DNA of 63,955 nucleotides, filler included. It is 12 parts of 12 records of this genome, joined end to end, with 100 filler letters (N's around TTAATTAATTAA, not from the genome) between each part and the next. Parts side by side here need not be neighbours in the genome. Positions count along the whole stretch, not along the records: positions 1 to 15,110 come from SRR11831586_1207; positions 15,211 to 22,655 come from SRR11831586_1237; positions 22,756 to 27,571 come from SRR11831586_1250; 9 more parts are not named here. The stretch is one strand, 5' to 3'. The position numbers were made by a program, and so were the translations under genes. Of this stretch, positions 13,786 through 24,266 are shown piece after piece; positions within the stretch are counted from its first letter, which is position 1; every line of letters begins with the position of its first letter. The notes under the pieces are model-generated. The model made no database searches, was not told the origin of the DNA, and was given only the letters and a program-made list of their open reading frames with translations.

Positions 13786-15030
13786 TGCGTTTATCTCTCC
13801 CTCGCCTGAAAATGCCGCGCCTGCCAGGATTCAGTATCCTGGTCTGGATCTCCACGGCGCTAAAGGGCTGGGTGATGGGCTCGCGGGAAAAAGATACCGA
13901 CAGCCTGATCATGTACGATCGCACCTTACTGTGGCTGACCTTCGGCCTCGCGGCGATTGGCTTTATCATGGTGACCTCGGCGTCAATGCCCATAGGGCAA
14001 CGCTTAACCAACGATCCGTTCTTCTTCGCGAAGCGTGATGGTGTCTATCTGATTTTGGCGTTTATTCTGGCGATCATTACGCTGCGTCTGCCGATGGAGT
14101 TCTGGCAACGCTACAGTGCCACGATGCTGCTCGGATCTATCATCCTGCTGATGATCGTCCTGGTAGTGGGTAGCTCGGTTAAAGGGGCATCGCGTTGGAT
14201 CGATCTCGGTTTGCTGCGTATCCAGCCTGCGGAGCTGACAAAACTGTCGCTGTTTTGCTATATCGCCAACTATCTGGTGCGTAAAGGCGACGAAGTACGT
14301 AATAACCTGCGCGGCTTCCTGAAACCGATGGGCGTGATTCTGGTGTTGGCAGTGTTACTGCTGGCACAGCCAGACCTTGGTACGGTGGTGGTGTTGTTTG
14401 TGACTACGCTGGCGATGTTGTTCCTGGCGGGAGCGAAATTGTGGCAGTTCATTGCCATTATCGGTATGGGCATTTCAGCGGTTGTGTTGCTGATACTCGC
14501 CGAACCGTACCGTATCCGCCGTGTTACCGCATTCTGGAACCCGTGGGAAGATCCCTTTGGCAGCGGCTATCAGTTAACGCAATCGCTGATGGCGTTTGGT
14601 CGCGGCGAACTTTGGGGGCAAGGTTTAGGTAACTCGGTACAAAAACTGGAGTATCTGCCGGAAGCGCACACTGACTTTATTTTCGCCATTATCGGCGAAG
14701 AACTGGGGTATGTCGGTGTGGTGCTGGCACTTTTAATGGTATTCTTCGTCGCTTTTCGCGCGATGTCGATTGGCCGTAAAGCATTAGAAATTGACCACCG
14801 TTTTTCCGGTTTTCTCGCCTGTTCTATTGGCATCTGGTTTAGCTTCCAGGCGCTGGTTAACGTAGGCGCGGCGGCGGGGATGTTACCGACCAAAGGTCTG
14901 ACATTGCCGCTGATCAGTTACGGTGGTTCGAGCTTACTGATTATGTCGACAGCCATCATGATGCTGTTGCGTATTGATTATGAAACGCGTCTGGAGAAAG
15001 CGCAGGTCGTTTGTACGAGGTTCACGATGA
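13785..15030 (+). CDS. ftsW: SEDS peptidoglycan polymerase FtsW; an apparent +1 insertion near the 3' end fuses its frame to murG
   Basis: [15 protein letters not shown] and SYGGSS motifs; ATG 13785 to the expected TGA at 15028-15030 is 1246 bp, not a multiple of 3. Confidence 0.93.
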
Positions 15031-15110
15031 GTGGTCAAGGAAAGCGATTAATGGTGATGGCAGGCGGAACCGGTGGACATGTATTCCCGGGACTGGCGGT
15101 TGCGCACCAT
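15027..15110 (+). CDS. murG: MurG glycosyltransferase, N-terminal fragment (contig end)
   Basis: [28 protein letters not shown]. Confidence 0.93.
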
Positions 15111-15210
15111 NNNNNNNNNNNNNNNNNNNNNNNNNNNNNNNNNNNNNNNNNNNNTTAATTAATTAANNNNNNNNNNNNNNNNNNNNNNNNNNNNNNNNNN
15201 NNNNNNNNNN
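15111..15210. other. Artificial contig linker (first of 11)
   Basis: 44N-TTAATTAATTAA-44N, with stops in all six frames. Also at 22656, 27572, 31328, 37841, 41136, 43874, 54338, 56553, 58983 and 61083, each 100 bp. Confidence 0.99.
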
Positions 15211-16083
15211 AAAAGGCGAAAGTACCGCGCTGTGCGTTGCAGTGAGCTTTCCGGCCAGCGCTCGCTCGAGTAGCGGCAGCAAATCATCATGCAGCCAAAG
15301 ATTGCCCAATTTTTCAACATGCACAGCAATGATTTGCTGCTGTTCAGCCCTCGCTTCGCGCCACGCCGCCAGTGCCGGACGTTTCAGCCGATAGTAATCT
15401 GCCAGCCACTGTTCGCGGAATATTCCCAGGCTACGCGCACTGTTATCCAGCATGATGATTTCTGCTTCTGTTTGCGAAACGAGATCGCGCTCATCATCCC
15501 AGTCAGGCATGACACGGTGGGTTAAATCATAAACGCGCTGGAAGTTGCGCCGTTCAATCACCATCACCTTTCCGGCAGTAAATAAACCTTCCAGATGCCG
15601 TTTATGCGGCTTCCATTCCCACCAGCCGCTTGCACCTTTACGAGGATGCTCAAAATCGGCTGAACGTACCGGCCCCTTATCATGAATATGCTGAATTAAC
15701 TGTGCAATTTCCGCCTCATGTTCCTGCATCCAGGCGTCTTTGTATTTCCAGCCCATTTTTTCAGGTGCCAGCATGCGGTGGCGAATAAGACGAAAGTCGC
15801 TACGCGGCATAAAGCAGGCTTCATGCGCCCAGTATTCCATTAATTCGCCACGCGCCAGAGACTCATCCAGCCACTGGGCAGGATAATTTCCCAGACGACT
15901 GAAAAGCACCAGATATGGACTACGGGCAACAATATTGATGGTATCGATTTGCAGCAAGGACATGCGGGAGATCGTTGCCGGAATATCCTCCAACGACGCT
16001 CGACGGCGGGGTTTGTTTAACAGGCCTTGTGCGGCAAGGTGAAGATTACGCGCATCAGCAAGGGAGAGGTGCGGCAGCGACAT
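15211..16083 (-). CDS. ycaQ: Interstrand crosslink repair DNA glycosylase YcaQ, 3'-truncated
   Basis: Starts MSLPHLSLADARNL; LLQIDTI motif; downstream of lpxK. Confidence 0.92.
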
Positions 16084-16119
16084 TCATGACTCCATCAATC
16101 GAACGCTGCCGCGGCGTAA

Positions 16120-17106
16120 CTAGTTGCCAGAAGCCAGCAAGGTTAGTTGCGTAAGCAGTTTCGCTGGTTCATCACCTGAAAGCTGTGCGTCTACAGGCAA
16201 ATACCACCAATTTTCTTCTGCAAAGGCCCGGCATTTCACCGCATCTTTTTCAGTCATTACCAGCGTTTGCCCGGCGCTTACCAACGCACTGACATCCGCA
16301 TGGTTCAAAGACTGATGATCGGCCAGCGGTACACATTTTTCCGGTTGTACGCCACACATCTTCAGCGTGGCAAAAAAGCGCGGCGGATGCCCAATCCCCG
16401 CCATCGCCACTACATGTTCAAGCTGAGCAACGTCACAACGCGTACCGGTACGTAAATTCACCGCCTGACCCGGCAGCAGATGCATGGGGATTTCACCGCT
16501 GCGAGGGACACCGCCGTTGACGATTACCGCATCAACCGACTTTAAGCGCCCCGCTCGCTCACGCATTGGCCCCGCCGGCAACCACCAGCCATTGCCAAAG
16601 CGACGCACACCATCAATAACGACAATTTCCACATCACGCGCCAGACGGTAATGCTGTAAACCGTCGTCGGTTACGATGATCTGCACATCAGGGTGTTGCG
16701 CCAGAATGGCTTTTACCGCATCAGAACGAACGGGAGAAACCGCAACAGGCGCATCAGTGCGTTGATAAATCAACACAGGTTCATCACCCGCCTGTGCTGT
16801 TGTGGTATCTGCCGACAATAACAGCGGATAAGATTCAGCCTTACCACCATATCCCCGCGATACGACCCCCACGCGAATACCGCGCTGTTGCAACTGTTCC
16901 ACCAGCCAGACAACGACCGGGGTTTTTCCGTTGCCGCCTGCGGTGAGATTACCAACCACGACAACCGGTACGGGGGCACGCCAGGCGCGCTTCAGTTTTA
17001 GTTTATAGCAAAGACGGATCGCGCCACTCACCAGGCCATACAACCAGGAGAGTGGCAGCAATAGCCGCCACAAAGGGGATTCACCAGACCAGATTTTTTC
17101 GATCAT
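16120..17106 (-). CDS. lpxK: Tetraacyldisaccharide 4'-kinase
   Basis: 328 aa; [12 protein letters not shown] and DDGLQH motifs. Confidence 0.97.
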   Translation of the reverse strand: MIEKIWSGESPLWRLLLPLSWLYGLVSGAIRLCYKLKLKRAWRAPVPVVVVGNLTAGGNGKTPVVVWLVEQLQQRGIRVGVVSRGYGGKAESYPLLLSADTTTAQAGDEPVLIYQRTDAPVAVSPVRSDAVKAILAQHPDVQIIVTDDGLQHYRLARDVEIVVIDGVRRFGNGWWLPAGPMRERAGRLKSVDAVIVNGGVPRSGEIPMHLLPGQAVNLRTGTRCDVAQLEHVVAMAGIGHPPRFFATLKMCGVQPEKCVPLADHQSLNHADVSALVSAGQTLVMTEKDAVKCRAFAEENWWYLPVDAQLSGDEPAKLLTQLTLLASGN

Positions 17107-18851
17107 TGGCCAAACTGCATTTTGTGAAGTTGCGCGTAAACGCCGCGGTGCTCAAGCAAATCGTTATGCGTACCGCGTTCCACAATGACACCATCCTCGA
17201 CGACCACGATTTCGTCTGCCTTTTCAATGGTAGACAAGCGGTGGGCAATCACCAGAGAGGTACGGTTTTTCTGCAACTCATCCAGTGCCGCCTGAATCGC
17301 ACGTTCGGATTCGGTATCCAGAGCCGAGGTAGCTTCGTCCAGAATCAGAATCGGGCTATCACGCAACAAGGCTCGAGCGATAGCAATACGCTGACGCTGA
17401 CCGCCAGAGAGCAGCACGCCGTTTTCACCAATCACTGTATCGAGACCGTTATCCATCTTATTGATGAAGTCCATGGCGTAGGCCATACGCGCCGCTTCTT
17501 CAATTTGCTCACGGCTGTACTGTTCAGTCCGTGCGTAAGCAATGTTGTTAGCAACCGTATCGTTAAACAGATGGACATTCTGCGACACCAGAGCAACCTG
17601 GTTACGTAACGACGCCAGGGTATACTCGCGCAGATCGTGACCATCCATCAGGATTTCGCCTTCATCAATATCGTAAAAACGCGTGATCAGGCTGGCGATG
17701 GTTGATTTACCCGAACCAGAGCGTCCAACCAGAGCAACCGTCTTCCCTGCCGGAATTTTCAGGTTGATGTTACGCAATGCAGGTACGTCACGTCCCGGAT
17801 AAGTAAAGGTGACATTGCGGAATTCCACGTCGCCAGTCGCACGCTCGATCACGCGCTTACCTTCATCTTTCTCCTGCTCACTGTCCAGAATGGTAAACAG
17901 CGTCTGACAAGCCGCCATACCGCGCTGGAACTGGGCGTTAACGTTGGTCAGCGATTTCAGCGGACGCATCAGTGCAATCATTGAAGAGAAAACAACGGTA
18001 ATCGTACCGGCAGTCAGGCTATCCATGACACTTGGGAAGCTCGCCGCATACAGAACAAACGCCAGCGCCAAAGAGGCGATCAGCTGAATGATCGGATCAG
18101 AGATGGAAGAGGCTGAAACCATTTTCATCCCCTGAAGACGCATTCGGTTGCTGACTTTATCAAAGCGTTTCGTTTCCACTTCCTGACCACCGAAAATCAA
18201 TACTTCTTTGTGGCCCTTCAGCATTTGTTCTGCGCTGGTGGTCACCTGCCCCATGGTGTTCTGCATGTTTTTACTGATGTTGCGAAAACGCTTCGATACA
18301 ACGCGAATCGCAATCGAAACAATCGGTGCCAGCACAATCAAAATGATCGACAGTTGCCAACTGTAATAGAACATCATGATGAACAGGCCGATGATCGACG
18401 CACCTTCACGCACAACAGTAATCAGTGCGCCGGAAGAAGAAGAAGCAACCTGTTCGGAATCGTAGGTAATACGTGACAACAGCGTACCCGTTGACTGTTT
18501 GTCAAAGAATGAAACTGGCATTCCCATCATGTGACCAAACAGGCGGCGACGCATGGTCATTACCACCTTTCCTGATACCCAGGAGATACAGTAGCTGGAG
18601 ACATAGCTGGTGATACCACGTAAAATCATCAGCCCGATCACCACCAGCGGCATCCACACCAGCACGGAGCGATCTGTTTTACCAAAGCCATCATCAAGAA
18701 GTGGCTTAAGGAGCGATAACATGAAGGTATCGCTGGCTGCGTTGAGGATTAACGCTACGCCCGCCACGATCAGACCCGCTTTGAAAGGCGCAATGGTTGG
18801 CCACAGTCGGCGGAATGTCTGCCACGTAGAGAGATCTTTGTCGTTATGCAT
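17103..18851 (-). CDS. msbA: Lipid A-core flippase ABC transporter
   Basis: 582 aa; [14 protein letters not shown] and DEATSALD motifs. Confidence 0.98.
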   Translation of the reverse strand: MHNDKDLSTWQTFRRLWPTIAPFKAGLIVAGVALILNAASDTFMLSLLKPLLDDGFGKTDRSVLVWMPLVVIGLMILRGITSYVSSYCISWVSGKVVMTMRRRLFGHMMGMPVSFFDKQSTGTLLSRITYDSEQVASSSSGALITVVREGASIIGLFIMMFYYSWQLSIILIVLAPIVSIAIRVVSKRFRNISKNMQNTMGQVTTSAEQMLKGHKEVLIFGGQEVETKRFDKVSNRMRLQGMKMVSASSISDPIIQLIASLALAFVLYAASFPSVMDSLTAGTITVVFSSMIALMRPLKSLTNVNAQFQRGMAACQTLFTILDSEQEKDEGKRVIERATGDVEFRNVTFTYPGRDVPALRNINLKIPAGKTVALVGRSGSGKSTIASLITRFYDIDEGEILMDGHDLREYTLASLRNQVALVSQNVHLFNDTVANNIAYARTEQYSREQIEEAARMAYAMDFINKMDNGLDTVIGENGVLLSGGQRQRIAIARALLRDSPILILDEATSALDTESERAIQAALDELQKNRTSLVIAHRLSTIEKADEIVVVEDGVIVERGTHNDLLEHRGVYAQLHKMQFGQ

Positions 18852-18887
18852 TCAAAAAACCAGCATTTGTTGAAATAGCCGCATATT

Positions 18888-21152
18888 CTACCCGTTATCC
18901 ACTGGCACGCCAAACCACTGATGATACCAACGAGGTAAAATTTGCTCCCTGAGGCTGCTAATCCGCCAGCCTTGCGCTGAAAAATTGACCGTTGTTTGAC
19001 CTTGATGTGGAGTATCAATCCATTGATATCCTTGCAGTTGATAGCGATGCTTAACTTTGTTAGAGGGCAGTCGCCATGCGTTATAGCGCGATGCCGATGC
19101 GAGTGCCACTTTTCCATTCACTCGCTGAATTAATGGCAACGATGATGAGGTATTACTGCCATGGTGAGGTACCTGAAGCAATGTTGCCTGCACTTGCTGC
19201 CAGTAACGGCTTAGCATCTTTTGTTCAGCTGGGGCTTCAATATCACCGGTTAGAAGAATGCTATTCGTCCCGTCATCAACCTTAACCACACAGGAATGGT
19301 TATTTCCTTTATCGTTGCTACCTTGTAAAGGCCAGTGCGCGCTGAAACGCAATCCTTGCCATTGCCACGCTTCGCCACGCACACAGGGCTGATGATGTTC
19401 CCAGTTTAACGGACTTCTGATCCATAACATCGGCCATATATGCAATATTGAATCCAGCCCTCCCCGGTGATCCAGATGTTCATGGCTCAGAATAACGCCT
19501 TCCGGTTCAAGATTATGCCAGTGGAGCCAGGGGATAATCAGTTGTTGCCCACTATCCCCTTCAGGCCAGGCCAGTCCTGTGTCATAGAGAATCGCTTTGC
19601 CGTTTCTGGCTATCACCATTGCCAGCCCTTGCCCGACATCAAGCATGTACAGCTGCCACTCGTCAGGTCGAGGTTTTTGCCACAGCGGCCAGCACATCAG
19701 CAAGCCTCCAGCCACACACATTGCTGGCAACGTTCGCCAGGCGTTTAATCGCCATACCACCAGTAAGAACCATGGGGAAAATGATAGCCATTGCCAACAT
19801 TCAGCAATGTTGATCCACCCTTCCGGCAAACTCTTTAACCCCCAGAAAAGTAAAGCCAAAGACCGGTCGGCAAGAAACCATAACCCTTGCTCCAGGATTA
19901 ACGGCCCGCTTAAATGCACAACCATCGCGGCGAGGATCAACGGAACCGTGATAAATGTCACCAAGGGAATTGCTAATAGATTTGCAATAAACGAGGTCAG
20001 ACTAATGCCATGAAATATGACGATTTGCACGGGCATAAGCAGAAGTGTGATTCCCAGTTGCAGATGGATGAGGGAAACAACTGCACGCAATACCGGCGGC
20101 AGTTGCCACTCAGGACAGGGAAACCACTGATACCAAAATATCAATGCCGCGACCGCAGCGGCAGAGAGCCATAAACTTTGCGAGAGAATGGCAACAGGAT
20201 CCATCAGCAAAATTGCCGCCAGACAACATATCCATACATCCCAGCCACTCCACTGTCGCCCACTTAACTTAAGCATTCCCCACGTAGCAAGCGCCACCAT
20301 GGTACGCAATGCAGGAGGTTGCATTCCCGTCAACCAGGCATAAAAAGCAGCACAGCAGATTCCGCCAATTAATGGTATTTGCCAGTGGATCCAGCGCCCA
20401 GGCAGAAAAATTTGTCCACTGCGAATGAGTCCGGCAGCCAGCAACGCCGCAAAAGCGATGTGCAATCCCGATATCGCCATTAAATGCGCCGTTCCAGTAT
20501 CGCGCATGATATTTTTGATTTCTTTGGGGACGGATAACCGTTCCCCCATACCTAAACCAAGAATAACCGCATTCCACGGATAGGGTTGCAGCGTTGTTTG
20601 TAGTGACGCCAGATACTGTGCACGCAGGCTACAATTCGGTTCAATGACACTTGCCTGCAGAAAACGGCCGGTGAGCGGCTGATGCTGGGCAATGGCATAA
20701 CGCTGGCTATCAAAGCCGCCATCATTAAGTTGGCCATGAACTGCACGAACTTTGAGTTTCATTGACCATTGTTGTCCAGCACAAACCGCTTGCGGAAGAT
20801 ATTCGCCATACATCACGAGACCTGACGCAGGGAATATACGTCGACCTTGTAGATGAGTAATTTGACCGTAATGAGTGGTCATGCCGTCAGTTGCAGTGAT
20901 CTCAACAATTGCATCCTGCGTCGCGCCAGTTAAGGTTTCTCCTGCCCACAAAATTTGCTTTGCTGATAATATGCCCCAAACGAAAAACAGCAACGTCAGC
21001 GCGATATAACGGACGGTTTTAACAGGGATAAATGCCAGTACGCAGGCGAAGAGAGTCAGAAACGCAAGGGTTAATGTCCCAGGCAATTGGGGCAAAATCA
21101 GCAACGGAAAAATTCCGCTAATTATGCATACACCGACTGTCGTTATTTTCAT
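18888..21152 (-). CDS. ycaI: ComEC/Rec2-family membrane protein
   Basis: 754 aa from MKITTVG; HLMAISGLH motif, DVGQG and HxHxDH metallo-beta-lactamase fold. Confidence 0.94.
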   Translation of the reverse strand: MKITTVGVCIISGIFPLLILPQLPGTLTLAFLTLFACVLAFIPVKTVRYIALTLLFFVWGILSAKQILWAGETLTGATQDAIVEITATDGMTTHYGQITHLQGRRIFPASGLVMYGEYLPQAVCAGQQWSMKLKVRAVHGQLNDGGFDSQRYAIAQHQPLTGRFLQASVIEPNCSLRAQYLASLQTTLQPYPWNAVILGLGMGERLSVPKEIKNIMRDTGTAHLMAISGLHIAFAALLAAGLIRSGQIFLPGRWIHWQIPLIGGICCAAFYAWLTGMQPPALRTMVALATWGMLKLSGRQWSGWDVWICCLAAILLMDPVAILSQSLWLSAAAVAALIFWYQWFPCPEWQLPPVLRAVVSLIHLQLGITLLLMPVQIVIFHGISLTSFIANLLAIPLVTFITVPLILAAMVVHLSGPLILEQGLWFLADRSLALLFWGLKSLPEGWINIAECWQWLSFSPWFLLVVWRLNAWRTLPAMCVAGGLLMCWPLWQKPRPDEWQLYMLDVGQGLAMVIARNGKAILYDTGLAWPEGDSGQQLIIPWLHWHNLEPEGVILSHEHLDHRGGLDSILHIWPMLWIRSPLNWEHHQPCVRGEAWQWQGLRFSAHWPLQGSNDKGNNHSCVVKVDDGTNSILLTGDIEAPAEQKMLSRYWQQVQATLLQVPHHGSNTSSSLPLIQRVNGKVALASASRYNAWRLPSNKVKHRYQLQGYQWIDTPHQGQTTVNFSAQGWRISSLREQILPRWYHQWFGVPVDNG

Positions 21153-21273
21153 GCACCCCTCCCTGTTTATGGAAAGTGTGCAACTTTGTTGAGCGGTTGT
21201 CTGGTGGGAATTTTGCGTTCCCCGAGGCATATTCAGAAGAATTTAACGAAAGGGTGAAAACTGTTCAAAACTC

Positions 21274-21289
21274 TGCGAGGCAGCTTCCA
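21274..21289. promoter_or_regulatory. Possible CRP-S (Sxy-dependent) site upstream of ycaI
   Basis: TGCGA-N6-TTCCA versus consensus TGCGA-N6-TCGCA; competence gene homologues are CRP-S regulated. Confidence 0.45.
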
Positions 21290-21310
21290 GTTCCAGATTA
21301 GAGAAATGAA

Positions 21311-21333
21311 AAAAGCACCCGACAGGTGCTTTT
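21311..21333 (-). terminator. Intrinsic terminator after ihfB
   Basis: AAAAGCACC-CGACA-GGTGCTTTT flanked by A/T runs. Confidence 0.8.
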
Positions 21334-21359
21334 CTCTCGTTCAAGTTTGAGTAAAAAAC

Positions 21360-21644
21360 TTAACCGTAAATATTGGCGCGATCGCGCAGTTCTTTACCAG
21401 GTTTAAAGTGAGGAACGTATTTTCCTTCCAGTTCTACTTTATCGCCAGTCTTCGGATTACGTCCGGTACGTGGTGCGCGGTAGTGCAAAGAGAAACTGCC
21501 GAAACCGCGGATTTCAATACGCTCGCCCTGCGCAAGAGTCGAGGCCATATGCTCCAGCATCTCTTTTACTGCATCTTCAACCGTCTTGGCGGGAATGTGC
21601 GATTGCTGGGTGGCAAGTCTTTCTATCAATTCTGACTTGGTCAT
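21360..21644 (-). CDS. ihfB: Integration host factor beta subunit
   Basis: 94 aa; [10 protein letters not shown] and GRNPKTG motifs. Confidence 0.98.
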
Positions 21645-21803
21645 GATTCCTCCGGTTCCTTAAAGGCAAATTAAGCGGCTGCTGTTGCTGCATTGATTAA
21701 GGGCGGCCGTAGCCGCCCTTAGTGCTTGATTACAGGACGAAACCTGCAATCTGTCAAGTAAACTCAACAAACTTCGGAATAAAAATCCCGAAGAGTCAGA
21801 GAA

Positions 21804-22655
21804 TTACTCGCCTTTAGCTGCTTTGAAAGCTTCAGCCATTGCGTTGTTGGAGAAGTTTGCATCTTCCTGTTTGTTAACAGTTGCGATTGCATCTTTCTCG
21901 TCAGCTTCGTCTTTCGCACGAACAGACAGGCTGATTGCGCGGTTTTTACGATCAACGCCGGTGAATTTAGCTTCAACTTCGTCGCCAACGCTCAGAACCA
22001 GGGTAGCGTCTTCAACGCGGTCACGGGATGCTTCAGAAGCACGCAGGTAACCTTCAACGCCGTCAGCCAGTTCTACGGTTGCGCCTTTAGCGTCAACTGC
22101 AGTTACTTTACCGGTTACGATAGCGCCTTTCTTGTTCAGAGCAACCCAGTTGTTGAACGGATCTTCTGCGAGCTGTTTAACGCCCAGGGAGATACGTTCA
22201 CGTTCTGCGTCAACCTGCAGAACAACTGCAGCGATTTCGTCGCCTTTTTTGTATTCACGAACTGCTTCTTCGCCTGCAACGTTCCAGGAGATGTCAGACA
22301 GGTGAACCAGGCCGTCGATGCCGCCGTCCAAGCCGATGAAGATACCGAAGTCAGTGATAGACTTGATTTTACCTTCAACACGGTCGCCCTTGTTGTGGGT
22401 TTCCGCGAACTGCTGCCACGGGTTAGCTTTGCACTGTTTCAGACCCAGGGAGATACGACGACGTTCTTCGTCGATATCCAGAACCATAACTTCCACTACA
22501 TCGCCAACGTTAACAACTTTGGACGGGTGGATGTTTTTGTTGGTCCAGTCCATTTCGGAAACGTGTACCAGGCCTTCAACGCCTTCTTCGATTTCAACGA
22601 AGCAGCCGTAGTCGGTCAGGTTGGTCACGCGACCAGTCAGTTTGGTACCTTCCGG
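21804..22655 (-). CDS. rpsA: 30S ribosomal protein S1, 5'-truncated
   Basis: S1 repeats; C-terminus [12 protein letters not shown]. Confidence 0.97.
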
Positions 22656-22755
22656 NNNNNNNNNNNNNNNNNNNNNNNNNNNNNNNNNNNNNNNNNNNNT
22701 TAATTAATTAANNNNNNNNNNNNNNNNNNNNNNNNNNNNNNNNNNNNNNNNNNNN

Positions 22756-22786
22756 GTCAGTCCTTGCGGGGAGCGGGCTTTCGTAG
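22756..22786 (+). mobile_element. 3' tail of an H-repeat (ISAs1/ISEc1-family) transposase remnant, yafF-like
   Basis: Translates SVLAGSGLS*, the C-terminus I recall for E. coli H-repeat transposases; position next to yafV fits K-12. Confidence 0.6.
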
Positions 22787-22826
22787 TAATACCCCGACTC
22801 TCCCCGTCCTTAAACACAACCCCCAC

Positions 22827-23597
22827 TCACCACAACCTAAACTCATCCGCATCCTGCCATGCCGGAAACTTTTCTCTATATTCCCGCAATGCTGCCATCG
22901 ACAGCTCCGCATCAATGCGCGTTGCCTGATGCGCGTCGGCAGTAGCGATAATCTCTCCTTGCGGATTAATCACCCGGCTGTCACCGCGATAATGGCAGCC
23001 GTTGCCATCGCTGCCGACGCGATTGCATCCCGCCACATACGCCTGATTCTCAATCGCGCGGGCCGTCAGCAATGCCTGCCAGTGCAGAGAGCGCGGAGCA
23101 GGCCAGTTGGCGACGTACAGGGCGAGGTCATAATCGTTGAGATTGCGCGACCACACAGGAAAACGTAAGTCGTAGCACACCAGCGGCAAAATACGCCAGC
23201 CGCGCCATTCCACAATCACTCGCGCATTGCCCGCTTTATAATGTAGATGCTCATCTGCCATGCGGAACAGATGACGCTTATCATAAAAATGTACCGTGCC
23301 GCCCGGCTCAACCAGCAAAAAGCGGTTAACCGAACCAGACTCCGTTTGTAATGCAACACTGCCTGCAATCAGCGCATTGCACTGCTGCGCCTTAGCTGTC
23401 ATCCAGTTCACTACGTCATCTTGTGCTAGCGACGAAGCTGCCGCTTCCATGGCAAAGCCGCTGGTAAACATCTCCGGTAGAACGATCACATCGCGCCCGG
23501 TAATACCTTCCAGTTGACGATCAAAATGACGCAGGTTGGCAGGACCATCCATCCACACCAGTGGTTGCTGCAAAAGCGTAATCTTCAAACCAGGCAC
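22827..23597 (-). CDS. yafV: Omega-amidase, nitrilase family
   Basis: GTG start; 256 aa; LPEMF, YDKRHLF and VCYDLRFP motifs. Confidence 0.95.
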   Translation of the reverse strand: MPGLKITLLQQPLVWMDGPANLRHFDRQLEGITGRDVIVLPEMFTSGFAMEAAASSLAQDDVVNWMTAKAQQCNALIAGSVALQTESGSVNRFLLVEPGGTVHFYDKRHLFRMADEHLHYKAGNARVIVEWRGWRILPLVCYDLRFPVWSRNLNDYDLALYVANWPAPRSLHWQALLTARAIENQAYVAGCNRVGSDGNGCHYRGDSRVINPQGEIIATADAHQATRIDAELSMAALREYREKFPAWQDADEFRLW

Positions 23598-23750
23598 GGT
23601 GTACAACTCCTTTATGCGAAGGGTTTTATAACTTTAACACCTTATCAGGCAGTTGCCTTAGCGCAGAATAAATTGATAACAAATGCTGATATTGGAAATA
23701 TCTGATTTGCAAATTATCGTGTTATCGCCAGGCTTTAGGAGGTTAATAAC

Positions 23751-24224
23751 ATGGGCAGGATAAGCTCGGGAGGAATGATGTTTAAGGCAATAACGACAGT
23801 CGCCGCTCTGGTCATCGCCACCAGTGCAATGGCGCAGGATGATTTAACCATTAGCAGCCTTGCAAAGGGCGAAACCACCAAAGCTGCATTTAATCAGATG
23901 GTACAAGGGCATAAGCTGCCTGCCTGGGTGATGAAAGGCGGTACTTATACTCCCGCACAAACCGTAACGTTGGGAGATGAGACGTATCAGGTGATGAGCG
24001 CGTGCAAACCGCATGACTGTGGCTCGCAACGTATCGCTGTGATGTGGTCCGAGAAATCTAATCAGATGACGGGGCTGTTCTCGACTATTGATGAGAAAAC
24101 GTCGCAAGAGAAACTCACCTGGCTGAATGTGAACGATGCGCTTTCGATTGATGGTAAAACGGTGTTGTTCGCGGCGTTGACCGGCAGCCTGGAAAACCAT
24201 CCGGATGGCTTTAATTTTAAATAA
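23751..24224 (+). CDS. ivy: Periplasmic inhibitor of vertebrate lysozyme
   Basis: 157 aa; signal peptide; CKPHDC loop. Confidence 0.97.
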   Translation: MGRISSGGMMFKAITTVAALVIATSAMAQDDLTISSLAKGETTKAAFNQMVQGHKLPAWVMKGGTYTPAQTVTLGDETYQVMSACKPHDCGSQRIAVMWSEKSNQMTGLFSTIDEKTSQEKLTWLNVNDALSIDGKTVLFAALTGSLENHPDGFNFK

Positions 24225-24235
24225 TTAGCGGATAA

Positions 24236-24262
24236 AGAAACGGAGCCTTTCGGCTCCGTTAT
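24236..24262. terminator. Bidirectional hairpin between convergent ivy and fadE
   Basis: AACGGAGCC-TTTC-GGCTCCGTT. Confidence 0.8.
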
Positions 24263-24266
24263 TCAT

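Noticed and set aside
15155-15166. Recurring TTAATTAATTAA palindrome as a repeat or CRISPR-like element
   Set aside because: Always centred in exactly 44+44 Ns; a synthetic six-frame stop linker
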